NCBI GenBank assembly: GCA_964617195.1
Contig: CAZTVK010000019.1
Coordinates: 225,019-289,018 of the forward strand
Reading direction: 5' to 3'
Source of the DNA: an uncultured Methanosarcinales archaeon
GTDB lineage: Archaea; Nanobdellota; Nanobdellia; Woesearchaeales; ARS49
DNA: 64,000 nt
A program made the translations under genes and the position numbers. The notes under the pieces are model-generated. The model made no database searches and was not told the origin of the DNA. It saw only the letters and a list, made by a program, of their open reading frames with translations. Each line of letters begins with the position of its first letter. Within the stretch, counting starts at the first letter, position 1. Below are positions 58,228 to 64,000 of this stretch, one piece after another.

Positions 58228-59057
58228 CCGAGCACCTTCTGAAGACCTTCTCGAAGCGACGTTTTTGGAGTAAATACGAGAAGTTTGCGCATTGACGTGA
58301 TATCAGCAACCATATCAAGGTTGGGTTTTACGTTTTTAGAAAAAACAGGTTTCTTTCCCAATAACTCGCCCGCACTATTAGCTATTTCCTTAATTTGCAC
58401 CGCGCTTCCTGCTATCAATATACGCAATGGAGGATTTCGAAGCAAGCAGAGCCGCTTCAATGCTTCTGCAACATCTTCGATATATGTCACGGAGAGTCGC
58501 GGACCTCCGTCTTCGTTTGTTGCAATTGGCTGCTGTTCCTGCACTTTTTTGATCAAACGAGGAACCAGACGCTGCGGCGATTGTCCAGGGCCATACGGGA
58601 AGAACAAATAAGCAATTGACACTTTGAAATGTCTCTGATACTTGAGAACTTCTTTCTCAGCAGCATCTTTGCTTTCAGCATACTTGTCAACGGGGCTTCG
58701 AACAGTATTTTCCGTGATTGGAAAATTTGAACGCTGAAACACGCCTCCAGTAGAAATGTAAATGAATTTTTTAACGTGAGCCTTTTTTGATGCCTTCAGC
58801 AACATTTTCGTGCCTCCGACGTTGATCCGATACCCTTTTCCTGGTTGGCTTTTAAACATCTCAGGCAAGGCAGTCGCAACATGCACAACAACATCGATGT
58901 TTTTCAAGTCAACTTTTTTTTGTTTCGCCAAATCTATCCGAATCAATCCTTGTTTTTTCTGACTGCTCGTGCCGCGCACTTGAAAAAATGCTGATAATTT
59001 TCGTGCAAGAGCAGTGCCTACAAACCCTGAGACGCCTGTGATTAATACTGTTTTCAT
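58224..59057 (-). CDS. NAD-dependent epimerase/dehydratase
   Basis: TGVSGFVG, ISTGGV, YAESK, FFPYGPGQ. Confidence 0.85.
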   Translation of the reverse strand: MKTVLITGVSGFVGTALARKLSAFFQVRGTSSQKKQGLIRIDLAKQKKVDLKNIDVVVHVATALPEMFKSQPGKGYRINVGGTKMLLKASKKAHVKKFIYISTGGVFQRSNFPITENTVRSPVDKYAESKDAAEKEVLKYQRHFKVSIAYLFFPYGPGQSPQRLVPRLIKKVQEQQPIATNEDGGPRLSVTYIEDVAEALKRLCLLRNPPLRILIAGSAVQIKEIANSAGELLGKKPVFSKNVKPNLDMVADITSMRKLLVFTPKTSLREGLQKVLG

Positions 59058-59069
59058 AGATACACCATC

Positions 59070-60044
59070 TTAAATGTTCTTGACAATCATTTTTTTCATA
59101 TTTCGAATAATTGCATTCTTCCATCCGCTTATCTCCTTCGTAAACGTGTACACTTCACAAAAACTTCCGCCCCATTTCTGCTTAAACCTGTAAATTCCCT
59201 CTTCTTTCGAGCCGGGAGCTGGCTTTGGGTTACAGCCGCCTAAATCATAAACTTTGTATCCTTTTGCATGGCCCCAACAAATGATTTCCCACTTCAGCAA
59301 GTCATTCGCATACAAAGTCTTGTACTGTTCATCACGACCGGCGCCGATCTCTCTGATAAAACCGCCCTTATGCATAACTCCCATACCTGCAATAATTTTC
59401 CCTTGGTATTCGGCAAGAAAAACATTGTAGTCAGGACCAAAATGCTTGCAACAGTTTAAAATGTCCTGATACGGCCCGGTTGCAAAGCCCAACTTTTTCC
59501 TGCTAGACTTCAACAAATTGTAATAGCCTTCAAAATCAGTTTCTGAAACAGCAACACGAACCGTCACGTCTTCGCGCTTTGCCTTATTCACCAGCTTCCG
59601 CGCCTCTTTCTTCACATTTTTCAACAATGTTGCCTCATCCTTTGACAAATCAACCAGAAAAGTCCCCCATATCTGTTTTTCAAAACCGTTAGCTTCCAAT
59701 ATATCAATCAACAAGGCATCCTGCGGTCTGCGCAAGTCATTCACAAAAAAAGAAACACAGCCAAGCTTTCGTGCAAAATCAATCCCCTCTTTTACAAAAT
59801 CCTCAGCATCACCAGTTGGGCTGCCATACGCATGCAGAGAGCTGAAAAACCAGCCAATCGGCTTCAGCCAATGAAACTGAGGAGCGCGCGCAACCAAATT
59901 CTGCCTTATCAAAATCCAGTACCCGGTACTGCGCGCAATAAAAACAGGGGAACTCTCTGAATTCAAGCCAGCCCAGCTCTCTGACGCATACAAACTACCA
60001 CCATGGACTTTCCCATCCGGGTATTTCTCAATACGAACATTCAT
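59070..60044 (-). CDS. FemABX-like / GNAT-fold transferase
   Basis: TFLVDLS.DE..LL....K.AR..V.KA, NDLLKWEII.W...KGYKVYDLGG, GIYRFKQKWGG. Confidence 0.75.
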   Translation of the reverse strand: MNVRIEKYPDGKVHGGSLYASESWAGLNSESSPVFIARSTGYWILIRQNLVARAPQFHWLKPIGWFFSSLHAYGSPTGDAEDFVKEGIDFARKLGCVSFFVNDLRRPQDALLIDILEANGFEKQIWGTFLVDLSKDEATLLKNVKKEARKLVNKAKREDVTVRVAVSETDFEGYYNLLKSSRKKLGFATGPYQDILNCCKHFGPDYNVFLAEYQGKIIAGMGVMHKGGFIREIGAGRDEQYKTLYANDLLKWEIICWGHAKGYKVYDLGGCNPKPAPGSKEEGIYRFKQKWGGSFCEVYTFTKEISGWKNAIIRNMKKMIVKNI

Positions 60045-60096
60045 AGAAACCTGATTCACGTAAATGTTTATAAATTCAGTGGCTACAATTAATACG

Positions 60097-60729
60097 ATGT
60101 ACTGGAAAATACGAGCACTCTGGAAAAAATACCCTAACTACTTCTGGGGAGACCAATTAGATGTACGATACTATTTATGTGAACAGATTTCGAAGCTTAA
60201 AAGAAAACGCATACTTGACATTGGCTGCAACATAGGAATCATTTCAGGATGTGCAGACAAAACAAACGCTATAATCGGAATTGATACTGACAGAAAATCA
60301 ATCGCAATCGCAAAGAGCCTAAATCCGCACAGCACTTATCTCTCAAAAGATTTCTGGAAATTTAAAACAAACCCTGTTGACGCAGTTTTGTTTGTGAATA
60401 TGATAGAAATATTCCAGCGAGAACAAAGAAAAAAACTCATACAACACATTGCAAGTTATCTTAGAAAAAATGGAACGCTATACCTCACAACGCCTAACAG
60501 AAACAACCCATACTACCAAAAGCATCCAAACAAATTAACACCTGAAGAATTACTTGGCCACCTAACTCCCCATTTCAAAGTTGAGCATGTCGTATTCTGG
60601 AATCCAATTAGCGTACATGCAGGCCATCTTGCTTTCTTTCCAGGCGCGTATACCCTGATGAAATGGATTTCACTCTTATTTCAAAGCAAAAAAAGCGTCA
60701 GCATTTACATCAAAGCACGAAAGCGCTAA
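60097..60729 (+). CDS. Class I SAM-dependent methyltransferase
   Basis: ILDIGCNIG, IGID, LRKNGTLYLTTPN. TATA TTTATAAA at 60067-60074 shared with the divergent gene. Confidence 0.8.
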   Translation: MYWKIRALWKKYPNYFWGDQLDVRYYLCEQISKLKRKRILDIGCNIGIISGCADKTNAIIGIDTDRKSIAIAKSLNPHSTYLSKDFWKFKTNPVDAVLFVNMIEIFQREQRKKLIQHIASYLRKNGTLYLTTPNRNNPYYQKHPNKLTPEELLGHLTPHFKVEHVVFWNPISVHAGHLAFFPGAYTLMKWISLLFQSKKSVSIYIKARKR

Positions 60730-62207
60730 CGCTTCAAAGCCACGCGGGCAAGCTCTTTCAATTCCTTAACGTCCAACACGCGCAGCAAGAATATCAAAAT
60801 AATGTAAATTATTCCTGCAATGGCAAGCACAAGGCCCGCTTCAACGAAAACATTCAACTGCAGAATCTTTTTCAGCCAAAACATCGACCCGATCATGGCC
60901 AAACAACACAACACGTTCTTCATCCAAGACCAAACAGGAGAAACAACAGCCAAATGACGATGCAAATGCCAAGCGCTCATTATTAACAATAACAGCAATG
61001 ACAAACTTGTCGCCGCTGCAGCACCCGCAATGCCATATGACGGAATAAACAAGAAGTTCAAAACTACATTCACAATTGCCACAATGCCAACAAAGCGCGT
61101 GACAAGGCCGGGCTTTCCACTAGCATTGAAATAACTCAAATTCACCTGCGCAATAATGTTCATCAAAGCACCAATACTCAAAATCCGCAAAGGCATAGCA
61201 GCAGAAACATAATCCGCGCCGAATATTGTCTGAATAATAAGCTCGGGGAAAGTCACCATAACTGCCACAGCAGGCAGAGCAATTACGATCCCATACTTAT
61301 ACAATAATCTAAACGCCTCCTTGATACGATCCTTCAATTTCCGAGCAAGCAATTCTGAAAATAACGGCAGAGTAATCGTTGTAATAGCAGCGCTCAAATA
61401 AAGCAATAAATTGGAAATAGGAACTGCGGCATTGTAGATGCCTACATCAGCAACAGACTTCATGCGAGTCAACATCAAGGAGTCAGTATATTGCAGGATG
61501 AACGGACCAATGCCTGCCAAGAACACCTTCGCGCCAAATGAAAAAACTCTTCGCAAAAACTCGAAATTCCATTTAATCGGAACTCCCCACTGAGTCAAAC
61601 GAGCAAAAGAAGGCGCCCAAAGAACAACAATGCTTGCATAACTAAGAAGCAAGGCTAATGCCGGTGCTCTCACATTTGGAACTACCTGTAATAGGCCAAA
61701 AGTGTACACTAGCAGCAATAAAGGTTGCACGACACCCATAACTGCATACTGCCTAGGCTTCTGAAATCCAATATAGACTGAAGTAAGTAAAGCGTGCAGT
61801 GTACCAACCAAGAATACAAACGAAAACAGAATAAAAATACCACTTAAACCAGACTGTTTGAAAAAGTAAGTCTCAATAGAAGAACTCCAAAGCATAACAA
61901 ACAGAAGAATCAGCAAAGAAACAACCAAACTATACAAAGCGGATACAAGCACAGTCAACTTAATCTTTCCGTACTCCTTTTTAATCATCCATTCAGGAAT
62001 AAACTTAATCAACGCGCTTGTAGTTCCGATGTCACGGATAATAAACGCCAGAGAAAAGAAAGAAAGCATAGCATAATACAGACCATACTCTGCGACGCTC
62101 AAATTCTTAGTCAATAAAACCCTGAAAAGAAACCCGCACAAAGTCCCAATCACATACATGCCCAACACAGAACCAATTCCCCATACAGCACGGCGAAGGA
62201 ACGTCAT
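60726..62207 (-). CDS. Wzx/MurJ-type polysaccharide flippase
   Basis: About 12-14 TMs; LSVAEYGLY, YTDSLML, VGIYNAA, LNFLFIPSYGIAGAAAAT. Confidence 0.9.
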   Translation of the reverse strand: MTFLRRAVWGIGSVLGMYVIGTLCGFLFRVLLTKNLSVAEYGLYYAMLSFFSLAFIIRDIGTTSALIKFIPEWMIKKEYGKIKLTVLVSALYSLVVSLLILLFVMLWSSSIETYFFKQSGLSGIFILFSFVFLVGTLHALLTSVYIGFQKPRQYAVMGVVQPLLLLVYTFGLLQVVPNVRAPALALLLSYASIVVLWAPSFARLTQWGVPIKWNFEFLRRVFSFGAKVFLAGIGPFILQYTDSLMLTRMKSVADVGIYNAAVPISNLLLYLSAAITTITLPLFSELLARKLKDRIKEAFRLLYKYGIVIALPAVAVMVTFPELIIQTIFGADYVSAAMPLRILSIGALMNIIAQVNLSYFNASGKPGLVTRFVGIVAIVNVVLNFLFIPSYGIAGAAAATSLSLLLLLIMSAWHLHRHLAVVSPVWSWMKNVLCCLAMIGSMFWLKKILQLNVFVEAGLVLAIAGIIYIILIFLLRVLDVKELKELARVALKR

Positions 62208-63271
62208 TTTATATCCCTCAGCACACTCTGCATCTTGCCAACAATCACATCCCAATCGAACTTCTTGCGAACGGTTTTCTGTGATTTGGTGCCAAACTTT
62301 TCACGCAACTTAGCATTCTTAACCAGCACAGAAATTTTATTGCGCAATGCTTTTGTGTCGCCAGCTTTGACTAAAAATCCACTTTTTCCGTTGTCAATAA
62401 TCTCGCGCGTGCCGCCAACATCAGTCGCAACAACAGCCAAACCCATCGCGCCAGCTTCAAGAACGGCAGTAGGCAAGCCCTCGCCATAAGACGGATTCAC
62501 AAGAATATCCGAATTAGCAAGAACATCACGCACATCTTTAGCATCTTTCTCGCCCACAAATTTTCCACCGAGCTTTTTCAGCTCACTCTCGTACGGACCT
62601 TTGCCAACAATAACTACTTCCGCTTTCAAGCCTTTAGCAGCTTTCAGCAAATCTTGCACGCCCTTCTCCTTAATTAACCGACCAACAAATGCTATCCGGA
62701 TACCAGTATGCTTTTTTCTTTTACCATCAAAAAACTTTGTGTCAACGCCGTTGTAAAGAACATCGCACTTGCGAGCTCCTAATTTCTTCCCAAAATTACA
62801 CGACGCCTTAGAAACACCAGCAACGCGAGCATGCTTCAAAATCCACCTGCCAAAAACAGCATCAACAGTCCTGACTCCTGCCTGAATAATGAGATTATCA
62901 TACGGCTGCTGAGTACCATGCTCGACATGCAGCCAAGGAATATCATGACGGTGCGCATACAAGCCAGCAGCAAAAGACAACGGGTAAAAACGCGTGTGCG
63001 TAACAACCGCATCAACCTTTCCAATCTTTTTAAAAACATCAGACACAGGAGAAAGCTGAAGCGTAAGCCTATCAGACAACAATTCAACAGAAGGAATACG
63101 CAAAACAGAAACTCCATCAATCTTCTCATTATTCTTCAAGCCAGGCAAACTAGAAGTCACAACCCACACTTTGTGACCGCGCTTCACCAATCTTTTTGCT
63201 GTATTATGAACATAATTCTCCACGCCGCCCTTATGCGGAAGAAAATACGAAGAAAAAATAAGGATTCTCAT
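62204..63271 (-). CDS. GT4 family glycosyltransferase
   Basis: PHKGGVE, YNGVD, FVGRLIKEKG, EGLPTAVLEAGA, TDVGG. Confidence 0.92.
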   Translation of the reverse strand: MRILIFSSYFLPHKGGVENYVHNTAKRLVKRGHKVWVVTSSLPGLKNNEKIDGVSVLRIPSVELLSDRLTLQLSPVSDVFKKIGKVDAVVTHTRFYPLSFAAGLYAHRHDIPWLHVEHGTQQPYDNLIIQAGVRTVDAVFGRWILKHARVAGVSKASCNFGKKLGARKCDVLYNGVDTKFFDGKRKKHTGIRIAFVGRLIKEKGVQDLLKAAKGLKAEVVIVGKGPYESELKKLGGKFVGEKDAKDVRDVLANSDILVNPSYGEGLPTAVLEAGAMGLAVVATDVGGTREIIDNGKSGFLVKAGDTKALRNKISVLVKNAKLREKFGTKSQKTVRKKFDWDVIVGKMQSVLRDIK

Positions 63272-63594
63272 TTCTTTAGGGCGATTTCCCTTACTAATTT
63301 GGTAATCTCGTGCTCCAACTTGTCGATTTTCATATTTTGCTGGAAGACCAAGTAAAACAACATCATGATGGCGATGTATACTATAAGATCAATACCCCTG
63401 CCAACGCCAATCGGGCGAGACAACGCGTCAATAATAGGCGTAACAGAGACAATCAGCAAAACCGCGAACCAGACGAAAAACCAGAAAATCGCAGTCTTCA
63501 AAGGCAACTTCTTCGTCTTCCACAAAGCCATAATGCGAGCTATGTGAATCGCTGCAAAAACAAACGCTGCAATCTGAATCGGTTGTAAGCTCAT
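63268..63594 (-). CDS. DUF2304 family membrane protein
   Basis: Three TMs, IGVGRGIDLIVY, C-terminal ITKLVREIAL; follows a GT2 gene as is usual for this family. Confidence 0.85.
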   Translation of the reverse strand: MSLQPIQIAAFVFAAIHIARIMALWKTKKLPLKTAIFWFFVWFAVLLIVSVTPIIDALSRPIGVGRGIDLIVYIAIMMLFYLVFQQNMKIDKLEHEITKLVREIALKK

Positions 63595-64000
63595 TTTGTC
63601 AACTTATGCAAAAGCATCCTGTAAAAAATCTTAATCGCGTTAAAGCTGCTCTGCCCATGCTGTTTACTATACTCAGTGTATTTAATAATTACGGGAACCT
63701 CAACAAAACGCAAGTGATTCTTCTTAATTTCAGACAAAATCTCGCTCGCATGCTCCATCTGATCCATGGAAATATCTATCTGCTCGGCGGCATGACTGGA
63801 AAATGCGCGAAAACCATTATGCACATCAGTCAGCCTAATACCGTAAAACATCCACACGACAATAATACCAGTCTTCAGCACAAGCTTGCGGAAAAACGGA
63901 ATCTCAGTACCCTTTGACAAGAAACGACTGCCCAAAGAAACATCAACCTCGCCTCTCTTCACAGGCTCAATAACTCTAGGAATGTCCTCAACACGATGCT
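63591..64000 (-). CDS. GT2 polyprenol-phosphate glycosyltransferase (DPM1-like), 5' part outside the window
   Basis: Open from the window edge: (Q)HRVEDIPRVI...LGSRF...LTDVHNGFRAF...EVPV.I.Y. Confidence 0.88.
   Translation of the reverse strand, partial: HRVEDIPRVIEPVKRGEVDVSLGSRFLSKGTEIPFFRKLVLKTGIIVVWMFYGIRLTDVHNGFRAFSSHAAEQIDISMDQMEHASEILSEIKKNHLRFVEVPVIIKYTEYSKQHGQSSFNAIKIFYRMLLHKLTK

Overview
Gene-dense fragment of an archaeal chromosome. The informational genes are archaeal-type (rps2 end, radB, MBF1, RFC large subunit, HerA-Mre11), and there are TATA/BRE promoters. Compact, often overlapping genes and several hypothetical membrane-protein families suggest a DPANN lineage, probably Woesearchaeota-like (inference). 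From left to right: (1) a five-gene membrane operon with two degenerate AglB/STT3-like proteins, two CxxC-less thioredoxin-like proteins and an ArnT/PMT-like GT-C transferase (0.9-7.9 kb); (2) an ABC-2 exporter with a long helical ectodomain; (3) translation and replication genes (cysS, NOP2/RsmB, NIP7-like, valS, rfcL, glyS, SSB, tRNA-Phe); (4) a type IV pilus-like ATPase and double-T2SSF platform next to two coiled-coil genes and four tandem paralogous membrane proteins (20.3-28.5 kb); (5) translin, a HAD hydrolase and a bacterial-type non-discriminating aspS with gatCAB; (6) herA-mre11 without nurA/rad50; (7) a 77-aa tandem-duplicated basic protein, the oapABC/arvABC GTPase operon, pilin-like secreted proteins, an AbrB-PhoU regulator and a ~245-nt intergenic hairpin array; (8) a DHH protein and a >20 kb surface-glycan locus with two WbpB/D/E-like sets, running off the right end. 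The + strand is strongly A/C-rich whichever way the genes point. No CRISPR array, rRNA or transposase was seen. All annotations come from motif recognition by eye, not database searches.
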